The translations under genes were made by a program, and so were the position numbers. Below, piece by piece: positions 51,063-64,000 of a stretch of 64,000 nucleotides of DNA. The notes beneath the pieces were generated by a model that was not told where the DNA came from, did no database searches, and saw only the letters and a program-made list of their open reading frames with translations. The stretch is from Octopus sinensis (Eukaryota), in NCBI RefSeq assembly GCF_006345805.1, contig NC_042999.1:2232001-2296000 (forward strand), read 5' to 3'. Within the stretch, counting starts at the first letter, position 1. Each line of letters opens with the position of its first letter.

Positions 51063-51479
51063 TCGTCCAACAATGTATTTAGATTAAGTTTGATACATAA
51101 ATGCTTATTTTAATTGGATGCTGCTCCAAGTATGCACACCAAATATTTATTCAGCTCGGTAGTTAATTGCAGTATCAGTGAATGAATTATTCATTGTTTC
51201 ATGTACAGTGTACTGGAGACAATAAATTGTGTTTAAGCATGTGGGTGTGAGTACACACCTCATTGACAAGCCTCAAGAATGCCAAAATGCATCTGGTGTT
51301 TTCTCTCGCCCCTACCAGATTGACTCCTTGTTACTGTCCAATATATATCATGTTTTTAATATAGCACAACTATATAACATTTTATGTCAGATAACAAAAA
51401 GGCCAGTCAGTAATGTATGTACGTTAAGTATTACACATAGGTGCATATTTAAATTTAATGCTGCTCTAATAGCATACAT

Positions 51480-52275
51480 GAGGAGGTGCATGGCTTAGTG
51501 GTTAGGGTGTCAGCATCATGATTGTAAGATTGTGCTTTCGATTCCTGGACCAGGCAACGCGTTGTGTTCTTGAGCAAAACACTTCATTTCATGTAGGTCC
51601 AGTTCACTCAGCTGGCAAAAATGAGTAACACTGCAATGGACTGGCATCCTGTCCAGCTGGAGAACACATACGCCATTGGAACTGGGAAACCGGGCCCAAG
51701 AGCCTGGCTAGACTTTAAAAGGGTGGATTTATTTTATCAATAGTATACACAGCAAATTGTTGTTATGTTATGATTGTTGTTGTTGTTAAGGCGGCAAGCT
51801 GGCAGAACTGTTAACACACCGGACAAAATGATTAGTGGCATTTTGTCTGTCTTTATGCTCTGAGTTCAAATTCCACCATGGTCGAGTTTGCCTTTCATCC
51901 TTTGGTGGGGGTCGACAAAATGAGTACCAGTTAAATAATGGAGTCAATGTAATCCATTTGCTCGCCCCACCACCCACCAAAACAAAATTTCAGGCCTTGT
52001 GCCTATACTAGAAAGGGTCCTCCTCCTCCTCATCATCATCATCAACTCCTCCTCCTCCTCCGAGGTGGCACACTGGCACAATCATTAGTACGAAATGTGT
52101 AGTGGCATTTCTTCCAGTGATATGTTTTGAGTTCAAATCCCCTGAAGGTTGACTTAGCCTGCCAACCTTTCGGAATCGATAACTTAAGTACCAGAGTAGC
52201 ACAGAGGTCAATGAAATCAACGGGTCCTTTGCCCCTAAAATGTTGTTGCTGACCTTGTTGTTTATAGAAGAAAGG
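51480..52275 (+). mobile_element. SINE D (51480-51735) followed by two SINE B copies (51788-52015, 52063-52275)
   Basis: Family similarities. Confidence 0.8.
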
Positions 52276-52635
52276 CTTATTCTGAGAATTAATTTCCGAT
52301 AATTTCCCAGCAAATGAAACAAAACCAAAATCCAAGTCTGACCAAATATAGATTCCCTGGTTATTTATTATTGTCTTTAATGGTATTCTTTGTCTCTGGA
52401 AAGGAATTAAAGACACAACCCATTCGTTTGATGTCCTTTAGAATCTGAAAAAAAAGCAAAAAAAAAAAATTGAGTTTATAGAAAAAATGTTAACAGACAT
52501 TTTTATTATACATCAGGTGGTGATGTTGATGCTGACGTTGATGTTGTTGCGGTTGTTTTAGCTGCTGTTATAGGTTAATATTTTCTATCATAGCCACACT
52601 CCTAGAATTTCCGTTATATTTAGCACCACGCATAT

Positions 52636-52680
52636 GGCTGCTGCTGATAATGATGATGATGATGATGGTGGTGGTAGTGA

Positions 52681-52720
<40 letters not shown>

Positions 52721-52824
52721 GATGATGACGACTACGACGATAAGGACAATGATAATGGTGATGATGATGCTGGCCATGGTGATGAAGGTGTATGTGGTGA
52801 TAATTAAGGTGGTGGTGATGGTGG

Positions 52825-52862
<38 letters not shown>

Positions 52863-53292
52863 GATGATTGATGATGACAACGACGACGATAACCACAATG
52901 ATAATGGTGATGATGATGCTGGCCATGGTGATGAAGCTACTGATTATGAAGGAGTTTGTAGTGATAGCTGTGGTGGTGGTGATGGTGGTGGTGGTGGTGG
53001 TGGTGGTGATGGTGGTGGTGGTGGTGGTGGTGTGGTGATGGTGGTGGTGGTGGTGGTGGTGGTGGTGGTGGTGGTGGTGGTGGTGGTGGTGGTGGTGGTG
53101 ATGACGATGATGATTGTGGCTGTTGTGGTGGAAATGATGCCGGGTTGTGATGATATTAGCCGTGGTCATGGTGATAGTGATGACGATGATGAGGAGGAGG
53201 ACAAAGACGATGATTATGATGAAGAGGAGGAGGAGGAGTACGATGATGATGATCATCATCATCATCATCATCGGCAGCAGCAGCATTATCAT
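52636..53292. repeat. (GAT)n/(GGT)n low-complexity tract
   Basis: Direct reading. Confidence 0.9.
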
Positions 53293-53497
53293 CTTGCTAA
53301 ATCTGTAGCAACACCAGCATCGTTGTTTCGTTAACTGCTTTGCTTAATTGTTTGGTGGAGAAAAATAATTGGGTTTTGACAAAAACAGGCAAAAACTAAT
53401 CAAAAACAATTAAAAAAGTGGATAAACGAACACACTCACACACACACTCATATGAACATATGCATGTATATACATATTTTTTATAAATTAGCATATA

Positions 53498-53609
<112 letters not shown>

Positions 53610-53861
53610 GTATAAATATATATATATACTCATGTATATATATGTGCATGTGTGTGCATGTATATATATGTATGTATTATATTTATTAGTTATAGCATAT
53701 AGATATAAATATGTGTGTATATACACATGTATATGCATATACTATGTATCTGCATGTGTATAGGAACGTGTCTATACACACATTTTATACATACACATTA
53801 ATATACATTCGTATAGATGTCCAGACAGAAACAAGTACATACACACACACGTATACACATA

Positions 53862-53905
<44 letters not shown>

Positions 53906-54469
53906 ATTATATATATATAATATATATATATATATATAATATATATATACGTATGTATATATATACAGAGAGAGAGAGAGAGAGACAGAGACAGACAGAA
54001 AATGGTGAAGAAAGAGAGAAGAGGAAAATCTGAATGGAGAGATAAGTAGACAAGCAAATATATTTTTCCAGTCACGGTCAATAAATTAAAATAAGGGTCT
54101 GGGTAGAAAACAATCAACCAATCCAAAAAACAAGGTAAAAATCTAGATGAGAATATTTAAATAAATAAATTTATTAACCTCCTAGACATTTTCACAGTCA
54201 CGCATTGTAGTCAGGCCTAGAAGGAAGAAATAGGAAGGATGTAGAACACACAGCATGACTGAGCTAACTCTATGTTTGTATGTGTAGCAGTGTGTCCGTA
54301 TATCAGCACTCTGGTTTATTGCCTAATTTATATACACATGTTACTGTATATGATGTTTGTGTGTGTGTGTGTGTTTGTTCGTGTGTATGTGTGTGTGTGT
54401 GTGTGCATGGATGGATAGATATAGATATAGATACATACTTATACACACACACACACAGACAAACTTAAA

Positions 54470-54601
54470 CAAGCATGTGGTTGTGTGGCAAGTAGCTTGC
54501 TTACCAACCACATGGTTCTGGGTTCAGTCCCACTGTGTCACACATTCGGCCGACCAAAGCCTTGTGAGTGGATTTCGTAGACGGAAACTGAAAGAAGCCT
54601 G

Positions 54602-54641
<40 letters not shown>

Positions 54642-54862
54642 GTGTGTGTGTTTGTGTGTCTGTGTTTGTCACCCCAACATCGCTTGACAACCAATGCTGG
54701 TGTGTTTATGACCCCGTAACTTAGCAGTTCGGCAAAAGAGCCTGATAGAATAAGTACTAGGCTTACAAAGAAAATAAATCCTAGGGTCGATTTGCTCGAC
54801 TAAAGGCGGTGCTCCAGCATGGCCACGGTCAAATGACTGAAACAAGTAAAAGAGTAAAAGAG
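54470..54862 (+). mobile_element. SINE family A with internal deletion
   Basis: Head and complete tail; lacks the CTTGGGCAAGTGTCTTCTACTATAG segment. Confidence 0.85.
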
Positions 54863-55167
54863 TATATATACACACACACATATATATATATATACACATA
54901 TGTATGTGTATGTGTGTGTGTTTGTGTACGAATACAGACAGACACAAGCACACACACATGCACACCTATAGTTATTATTAAAGTAGAATAGTATTGACAG
55001 TGATTTCGAAGATTCGGCCAGCCTAGTCACTGTCACTTCGAGGTCACTATCAATGATGTTCTTGTTTATGAATAAGAAATTTGTACTCTACAAAATATAG
55101 AGCAACCCATCAGATATTAATCAGATGGGTTACTCTATTGTTTTTATTATTACTGTGTGTGTGAGTC

Positions 55168-55423
55168 TCGCCTGGCACCAGTGCAGGTGGCACATAAAAT
55201 ACACCAATCCGACCGTGGCCATTGCCAGCCTCACCTGGCACCTGTGCAGGTGGCACATAAAAAGCACCCACTACACTCACGGAGTGGTTGGCGTTAAGAA
55301 GGGCATCCAGCCAGATAAGACCGGAGCCTGGTGCAGCCTTCTGGCTTCCCAGATCCCCGGTCGAACCGTCCAACCCATGCTAGCATGGAGAACGGATGTT
55401 AAACAATGATGATGATGATGATG
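55168..55423 (+). mobile_element. SINE-like family C
   Basis: Family similarity. Confidence 0.8.
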
Positions 55424-55454
<31 letters not shown>

Positions 55455-55952
55455 TCATTGGGCTTTATTGTACACTGGCTCACTGGTTAAATCACTCATT
55501 CTACTACCTCAGGTTTCATACTGTAGAATGAATCACACCGTAGCAATAATAAAATAGCCACAATAGAAATCCAACACAGGCATTGGTGTTGCAAATATAA
55601 TTTAAAATGGTGGTGTCTTTATCCACTTTTTTTTTGTTGTAAAATACAGCAACATAAATTTTATTAGGTATAAATATTTAGGTTTGTTTTCCCTGTGTCA
55701 GCAACAATTATAGTGAAATATTTAGTATTGTAAAACATTTTTGTATGTATGTGTCCCTATATATAATAACACACAACCTTATAAAGGTAGGGAAAATTGT
55801 TTAACTTACAATGGTGTTAATAACCTAAGAGAGAATATTAAATATAAAAATGATAACATACAAATGGAAATTTTAAATCAATTGTGATAAAGAGAGATAG
55901 AATTATGATGATGTGAACATTTTTGAGTTATAATCACAATGTATACCTGTAC

Positions 55953-56012
<60 letters not shown>

Positions 56013-56019
56013 GGATAGT

Positions 56020-56118
<99 letters not shown>

Positions 56119-56836
56119 AGATATATATATATATGTAATAATAATGGTATTTTTTCTATAAGCTTAAAGCTTATAACGATCACTGTGCAAATGACTAAGG
56201 TATATATATCACAATGTTCAAGATCAAATCATTGAAGTAGTTTTCTATTTTGTTGTCAATAAATCAAAAGAGGCTTTCTGAAATGTCTGCAATAATTGAA
56301 AACCTCAGATCAGATTTTAAAATATTCAACAGATTAGTTAAGCTTCATAGTTTGACATTTTTTCTAATTCATTGCCATAAGAATTTTATCTCTCAATAAT
56401 GTTCCATTTGATGCCGAATGCATTAACAAATTTTTTTTCCCCCAAATATAGTCTGATATTTTGAATACAATCCTCTTTTTTTGTTGTTGAAGAAATGTGT
56501 ATTGCTGTTTAAATTTAACCTTCTACCTACACTGCACCACAATGTTACACCTATACCCATTCAGTTCTCTCACACTTCATCCAGCAGAACATCCATTATG
56601 TAACAGGAGGAAAAGGAAAGGCAGTGACCCACTCTGAGGTGGTAATTAAGTATCGATCTTCAAAGACAGAATGATAAAGTAGAACTGAGCTGGGTTTGAA
56701 CTCAGAGAGCAGTGACTGGAGACAAATTTCTTAGTGATGTTTTGAAGCATGTTGTTTATATTCACACACACGTGCACACATACATTGAAATATAGCTATA
56801 TACACCTTAACCTATCTATCTATCTATCTATCTATC

Positions 56837-58436
56837 ATCCACATCAACATCAAAGCACCGGAGGACCTAAAACTAAGGCCCATCGTGGCTGGTACCTCCT
56901 GTGAAACACACCGCCTGAGTAACTTCCTAGACATCCTTTTGAAACCTTTCCTTACCCACATCAAAAGTTTCATTAGGGATGATCTGGACATGCTCAAACA
57001 CCTCCCGAAAACAGTTAACGAGGAGGCACTCCTGGTATCCTTTGATGTCATCAACCTCTACACCAACATCCCACATGAGTATGGTATAGAGGCAATTGAC
57101 TTCTGGCTAGAAAAACACCCAGAGACATTCCCTGACCGCATTAACAAGTCTTTTATTACAGAATCTCTCAAGTTCATTCTGACAAACAATTTTTTTCTCT
57201 TCGATGACACACACTACCGTCAAAAATGTGGCATTGCGATGGGTACCAAGGCTGCACCAGTCCTTGCGAACCTCATAATGGGTTACTTCGAACTGTCACT
57301 CTATGAAATATCAAGCCAGAAATTTGGACGTTTTCCACACCTACCTAATGGAAAACTGGAAAAGATATTTAGATGATTGTTTCATCATATGGAAAGAACC
57401 TTATGAAAAACTCCTGGAATTCAAAACCATACTAAACAACATACATCCCAACATCCAATTCACTATGGAATTAAGCAAACATCATCTCCCATTCCTTGAT
57501 CTCCTAATTATAAAAACACCTAAGAACCAAATCATAACAGACATCTACCACAAACCTACAGACTCACAACAATACCTCCTCTTTAGTTCATGCCACCCAA
57601 AACACACCAAGACAAATATCCCTTTCAATTTAGCTAAAAGGGTATGCACCATTGTCTCGGATCCAAAAACACGAGAAATACGCCTTCAAGACCTCAAAAA
57701 AACACTATTACAACGTCAATATCCCTCCACCCTTATAGAGTATGGAATAAAACGCGCCAAAGAACTAGACAACACTACACTGAAAACCACCCAACCTAAC
57801 ACCACACACAACCTCAAAATACTTCCATACATTTCCACCCACAACCCCAAAAATATCGAAGCATATACTACAATCATACAAAGCCTCAGTCTACTGTCAA
57901 CAGACCCAAAAATGAAAAACATTATAAATACACACAAAATCCTCAAATGTAAAAGGCAACACAAATCTTTAAAAAAACTCTTGACAAATGCCAAACTTCA
58001 CACACCACATCCACCCCCAACAGTAAAAAAATGTGCACGCTCAAACTGTGGTACCTGCCCCTTTCTACTTGAAGGCTCTGAATTTACCTTCAAACAAGGT
58101 ACGAAGTTTAAAATCAAGACTAACTTCTCCTGTTCCTCCGAGAACCTTATCTACGTTCTCACATGCGCTGGTTGCCAACATAATTATGTTGGACAAACGA
58201 GTCTCCCATTACGTAAACGAGTAACGGTGCATAAAGAACAAATAAATCTCCCGGAATACCGACAAATTCCACTGAGTGACCACTTAGACTCATGTGCTAA
58301 AGACTTAAACCCCAAATTCTATATATTCCCCTTCTACCAATGTAAAGACGGGATCACCACACAGGAGAGAATTAACAAGGAGAATCTCTTTATTGAAAAA
58401 TTCCAAACACAACTTAATATGCAAACTCCTCGTTGA
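56837..58436 (+). pseudogene. Penelope RT + GIY-YIG endonuclease ORF, one frameshift at ~57330
   Basis: LRPIVAG, LVSFDVINLYTNIP, QKCGIAMG, RYLDD, LPFLD, YHKPTD..QYL, CARSNCGTC, NLIYVLTCAGCQHNYVGQT..LRKR. Confidence 0.92.
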
Positions 58437-59059
58437 TCAAACTTCCTTTCTCTACCTCACTCTTCAGGGATGGACTAACACAAATATATAAAGATACCAT
58501 GCATTCATCACTTCAAGCTAAAACTTATATTCTTTAAATATCATTTTTACTATTGTTGTTATTACTATCATTTTTATTATAAATGATATGACAATTTGAA
58601 ATGCAATTGTCTATGCAGATTTATATAATTAGAAAATAATATAAATAAAGTGTTAAAATCTGAAAGTTAAGTTAACAAGCAATTATATAAAAAAGATAAC
58701 GCAAATGAAGCTAAAATGATAATTTTATAATTTGGGTTTTATTGAAGAACTCAAAAGAGTTGTCTCCCCTTACTCACAACACAGGAACTGAAGAACCACA
58801 ATTACTACTACTTCCTGTCCTGCAAACATGCTGAATTAAACCACACAACACATGCTCTTAATCCCTTTGGATCTTAATACCTCAAGGTAATTTTTTCGTG
58901 AACAATCATAAAACTCAAGATACACAACGAACTCGCAATGTATCGGAGTACTTATTTTTTTATTTTTGTACATTTTTATCATTATTCTTTTGCAAAAAAC
59001 AATGCAATTTTCTTTTTTTCCCCTTTCTAATTTTAAAAAAAAACTTTTTAAAACATAAA

Positions 59060-59100
59060 TATTCTTGACAAGTCATACAATGACGAAAACCGGTTGAATA
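59060..59100 (+). ncRNA. Minimal hammerhead motif with U3-A8 core in the Penelope 3' region
   Basis: TATTC TTGACAA GTCAT ACA ATGAC GAAA ACCGGT T GAATA. Confidence 0.65.
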
Positions 59101-59237
59101 AATATATATTTATATATTTTATCAATTTCTCATTTTATTAAAATTTTCTTTCATTTGAGCATTCTGCATTTGAAAAAAAATTTTTCCTTACTTATCATTT
59201 CTCCACGTGCGGTCAACACAACCCCACCATTTATTGA

Positions 59238-59283
<46 letters not shown>

Positions 59284-59626
59284 CATGTGTACATTGTGGT
59301 ATATCTCAAAAATGTTCACATTGTCAAAATTCTATCTCTCTTTATCACAATTGGTTTAAAATTTCCATTCATATATTATCATTTTTATACTCGATGTTAT
59401 TTTCTTTATTTTCTCTCTTAGGTTATTAACACCATAGTAAGTTAAACAATTTCCTCTAACTTTATAAGGCTGTGTATTATTATATATAGAGACACATACA
59501 TGCAAAAAAAGTGATTTACATTACTTAATATTTCAATATGATTGTTGCTAGCACAGGGAAAGGAAGCTTAAATATTTATACTTTAATATACATCTTAAAA
59601 TATCTGTAAATACATATATATATATG

Positions 59627-60020
59627 TTGCCAGTGATGCTGGACTGATTCCTGTGCAGGTAGCAAGTAAAGAAACACCATTTTGACCCTGTGCTTGAGGA
59701 AACCTATTGAGTCAAGTACATCAAGATCAAAAATCAATGGAAATTGTAGTTGTGATCCTCTTGCTGGTGGCACATAAAAAAGCACCATCCGAACATGGCC
59801 GATGCCAGTGCCACCTTGACTGGCTTCCATGCCAGTGGCATGTAAAAAGCACCCACTACAGTCACAGAGTGGCTGGCGTTAGGAAGGAAGGGCATCCAGC
59901 TGTAGAAACACTGCCAGATCAGACTGGGCCTGGTGCAGCCTCCTGGCTTCCCAGACCCCGGTCGAACCATCCAACCCATGCTACCATGGAAAACGGACGT
60001 TAAACGATGATGATGATGAT
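59627..60020 (+). mobile_element. SINE-like family C
   Basis: Family similarity. Confidence 0.8.
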
Positions 60021-60809
60021 ACCAATTTCATTACTTAGCCTTCCTCTCTCTCTCTCTCTCTCCTCATATATCCATTAACAACTTTGTATTACTGATATTT
60101 CCTCACACATACTGCACATCTACACAACAACGTGTATAGAGACATTCAAATACATATATACATGTAAGAATATGCATTTACATACACACACACACATGTA
60201 TATGCATGTATGTATGTACGTATATATGAATGTGTATGTATGTATGTACGTATGTATGTATGTACGTATATATGTATGTATGTATGTGTGTATTTAGGTA
60301 TGCATGTACGTATATATATGTATATTGGTATGTATGTATAGACATAAGCTATAAGCATGTGATCATAATGTTAAGTTATAGACATAAATGTCTGTATGAA
60401 AACAGACAATGTCAGAATCCGGTGTCAGCATTGACAGGGCCACGCATTTAATAGATAATATATAATTCCATACAGTATATTCCATATATCCTGCCTCGAA
60501 ATTTGTGGTTCAATGCAAAATGACAGTAAGATGTGCAAACAGACAAACATAAATGAACAATGTTACATGAAGCGAATAAGGAGTGTTGCCTGCATGGAAG
60601 CTACATTTGAAAGCAATCCTGTAATCCCTTACGCTCGCCTTTAACATATTCTCTTCTCTGCTCGTGTGATGCATCTTTCCTATGCCAGATATTAATTTCT
60701 TGATAACAATCGGTCATCATTTGTTTGGCTCATTGTTTTATTGAATAAAGCATTGAAATGTCGATGCATTGCCTCTGTATCAATAATATATATATATATA
60801 TATATATAC

Positions 60810-61290
60810 AGGCGCAGGAGTGGCTGTGTGGTAAGTAGCTTGCTAACCAACCACATGGTTCCGGGTTCATGTATGTATTCTGTGTCATTATTTGAACTAA
60901 TCTCTTGCCAGCTCCATACTCAACACACACACACACACGCACGCACGCACGCACGCACGCATGCACACACACACACACACACACACATGCACACACATGC
61001 ACGCATACACACACATACACACACACACAGGCAATGAGCAAGACCTTTGACATTATGCTGTGCTAGAGAAGAAGACACATCAAACCAAGCAAAATTGCAG
61101 TTATGGTAGACACTGGTGCCGCACAAATTGGCACATAAACACACCCCGATGTCACACAGATGACACTCATTCCAGTGGCATGTAAAAGCACTCATTACAC
61201 TCTTGGAGTGGTTGGCGTTAGGAAGGGCATCCAGGTGTAGAAAACCGTGCCAAATCAGACTGGAGCAAAGCGCAGACTTCCGGTGTGCCA
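60810..61290 (+). mobile_element. SINE A head (60810-60868) and family C-like body (61030-61290) separated by (CA)n
   Basis: Family similarities. Confidence 0.65.
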
Positions 61291-61304
61291 GTGTCTGTAA
61301 TCTT

Positions 61305-61902
61305 ATATCTACTTTTATAAACTGACAGACTCAAAGCAGTACCTACCATTTGACTCATGCCAACCAAGACACGCAAGAATGAATATCCCTTTCAGTTTAG
61401 CCAAAAGGATTTGCACCATAGTATCAGACACAAACACCTGACACACACGTCTCCAGGAACTCAGAACTACACTCATAAATAGGAATTATCCAAAACCCCT
61501 AATAGACAATACAATCCAACAAGCACTTAAATTAAATATAGAAGACTTGAGACAACCAAAACCTAAAAGGGAAGAAAAATTTAAAACCCTACCCTACATC
61601 TCTACACACAACCCACTTAACAATGAGGCCTTCAACACCATACTCCAAAGCATAGCCCTACTCAAGGGAGAACCAAAGATGAACTGAATCCTCCAAACGT
61701 ACACCATCATAAAAAGTAAACGGCAACCAAAATCCTTAAAGAAGATTTTAACCCAGGCTAAACTGCACCCAATAACAACCACAAAATCAACAGTTAAAAA
61801 GTGTGGAAAGCCCAACTGCGGGATCTGTGTCATCTTAGTAGAAGGTTTGGAATACATATTAGAACAAGGCCATCATTTTACCATCAGAATAAACTTCACC
61901 TG
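61305..61902 (+). pseudogene. Decayed Penelope RT-thumb/linker fragment, diverged relative of 57-58 kb
   Basis: TDSKQYLPFDSC..NIPFSLAKRICTIVSD..LPYISTHNP..KRQPKSLKKILTQAKL..CGKPNCGIC, with in-frame stops. Confidence 0.85.
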
Positions 61903-62808
61903 GACACACATACATACACACACGCACACACACACAAACACACACATATCATCATCATCATCATCATCGTTTAATGTCCGTTTTCCGCGCTAGATATATA
62001 TATATATATATATGCACAATAATGCAATAATGTGATAAAGCTTGTTGTTAAAGGAAACGAATTGATGAAAAGTACTTGCTGAGTATATATATATTGGTCA
62101 GTGATACGCCTACACACATATAAGCAATGCTAAGATATTTACAAACAGCACAAAGACTTCAATTATACCAGTATATAAATTAACTTCGTACAAATATCAG
62201 TTCTGTATAATGTGGGTGGTATGCTGCTCAAATTGTCATAGCAACACTTTGTAAATTTGACCTATATTTTTTTATTGTTCCAGAATTCTGACATTAGAAT
62301 ATGACCAAATACGCTTACTTTCATTTCTTGCTCTGTTCTTTAATACAGTTTAAACTTATAATTTGATATATTAGATTATTGGCAATAAATTCTAAGAATT
62401 CTTTCTTTGACAGTTACAAAGAACAGCATAAAGATGGAACACCATATTTGCAGGTGAACTCTGCAGTATTAGTTCAATTTAGGTTCAGAGTTTATTGGAA
62501 TCGGTGCATTCTAATTTATCATGTTATTCTCAATATGATAATTTGTTGCATGTCAAAGAAGGGGTTAAGTTGAATAGTACTGAGTCTTGAAAAAAAACAA
62601 AATGGAACAGAATCAGTGAAGTGAGAAGAACATCTAATGTAGGAAGTTTGTGAAGCAATTTAGCTTTTGTCATCAGTGTTGTTGTTCTAGTTATTTAGCC
62701 CTGGGTTTAGCATTTTCCCTATGTCACATCCTTTCACACCTAGTTTATTTCATATCCTTTCACATCCTATCACATCCTTTCAGACCTAGTTTATTTCAGA
62801 CTACATCT

Positions 62809-63115
62809 GTAGTTCTCAACCGGAGTTCATATGACACCTGAGGTTTCATATAATTTTTTTTTGGTGGAGTGGATGAACACAAGCAAAATAGTGAATTAGT
62901 TGTCCACAGAAGTATACTAAATGACCAAGGAAAATATTTTCTGTGCATGTAGACATAGGAGTGGCTGTGTGGTAAGTAGCTTGTTTAACAACCACATGGT
63001 CCTGGGCTCAGTCACACTGTGTGGTACATTGGACAAGTGTCTTCTACTATAGCCTCAGGCCGACCAAAGCCTTTTGAGTGGATATGGTAGATGGAAACTG
63101 AAAGAAGACTTGTAT
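62809..63115 (+). mobile_element. hAT left end (62809-~62940) followed by a SINE A head (62952-63115)
   Basis: GTAGTTCTCAACCGGAGTTCATATGAC resembles 26073 and 30604; family A head follows. Confidence 0.6.
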
Positions 63116-63122
63116 ATATATG

Positions 63123-63219
<97 letters not shown>

Positions 63220-63455
63220 TTGTGTGTACCTGTTTAGATTGACAAATAAAGTACTACTCCAGAACTGGACCAATTCTTCTTCCTTTGTGTTTCTCTTTAG
63301 AAAGATTTAGTGTAGCCAGCCCTGGAAAGGAGTGAACATGCCATGTCTAAAAATTCCTGAGACGGCTCTCTTATAGCTCCATGAAAATGCTGAGGACCTA
63401 CAGCATATATATATATATATAGCGGTACATAAGCCAACTGAAGAAATCTCCAGTG

Positions 63456-63524
63456 AGACTTTTTATTGGTGTACCTGAAGAGACCCAGAATGGGTCAAAG
63501 CATGTGTTGTACCCAATAAAGTCT
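63456..63524 (+). ncRNA. Decayed minimal hammerhead motif with long stem I
   Basis: AGACTTTTTATTGGTGTAC CTGAAGA GACCCA GAA TGGGTC AAAG CATGTG TT GTACCCAATAAAGTCT; GAAA is mutated. Confidence 0.55.
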
Positions 63525-63675
63525 ATAACACATTCCATTTCCTATTTTATTAATATTGTTATCCCAACTGCCACTACAGAGTTCCTGCAATAAATCTATG
63601 GATAACAATAGGAAATCGAAACTGTGCCTGTGCTTTACTCATCACCTATTTATACATTTTGTACCACTTCTCCAT

Positions 63676-63707
<32 letters not shown>

Positions 63708-64000
63708 TAGGCACGGTTTGAAATTTGAATGTCTGTACTTCATTGTGCCATTTGCTAAAACTTTTGCTCATAGAAATCACTTCTATTATTATAATCACCT
63801 TTTAAATTTAATAATTGATGGGAAATATTTGTGCCTAATTATTATGCCCAGGAGTAAAGATATAAAGCATAATTAAATATAAGGAATAATTATGTTTATG
63901 TTAATGTATTTGCCTTGAAGTGTGATTATGTTTTATCGTTCTTTAATTTGAAATATTTGCATTTCGTGTTATTGCTTGATTCTGAAATTAGAATCTTTTA

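Larger units (their letters stand above)
56836..59240 (+). mobile_element. 5'-truncated Penelope-like element (Neptune-type, Cys-containing linker) with 3' terminal repeat region
   Basis: RT + GIY-YIG ORF, ~800-bp 3' region with a hammerhead motif; flanked by (CTAT)n and (TA)n. Confidence 0.9.

Noticed and set aside
52588-52641. Minus-strand peptide AAICVVLNITEILGVWL* recalling a tetraspanin-13/31 last helix
   Set aside because: Only a short remembered match, immediately followed by stops and flanked by microsatellite, with no splice support.

Overview
Eukaryotic, AT-rich, repeat-dominated DNA (intergenic or deep intronic). No host protein-coding gene can be supported. The SINE families and microsatellite load resemble those I recall from octopod cephalopods (inference, not verified). 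Most ORF-track entries are microsatellite artefacts. The real coding remnants all belong to mobile elements: (1) a nearly intact CR1-group LINE at ~37620-41215 with a CCCH-zinc-finger ORF1 and an APE-endonuclease/RT ORF2; (2) a 5'-truncated Penelope-like element (RT + GIY-YIG) at ~56836-59240, plus a decayed relative at ~61.3-61.9 kb; (3) RTE 3' ends, hAT and Tc1/mariner derivatives, and Helentron-type non-autonomous elements. About 50 SINE copies of 4-5 families are present. The strongest signal the ORF track does not explain is a set of minimal type-I hammerhead-ribozyme motifs (7 readable, several more decayed) in Penelope-type terminal-repeat fragments sitting in (TA)n tracts. They include one with a fully canonical core (4821-4908, minus), a U3-A8 compensatory variant in the Penelope 3' UTR, a family with a shared A6U core, and a 560-nt retrozyme-like unit whose inverted copy begins at the predicted cleavage site. 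The LINE and the commonest SINE share a structured 3' tail. All calls were made by eye; ribozyme activity is untested and coordinates of decayed repeats are approximate.
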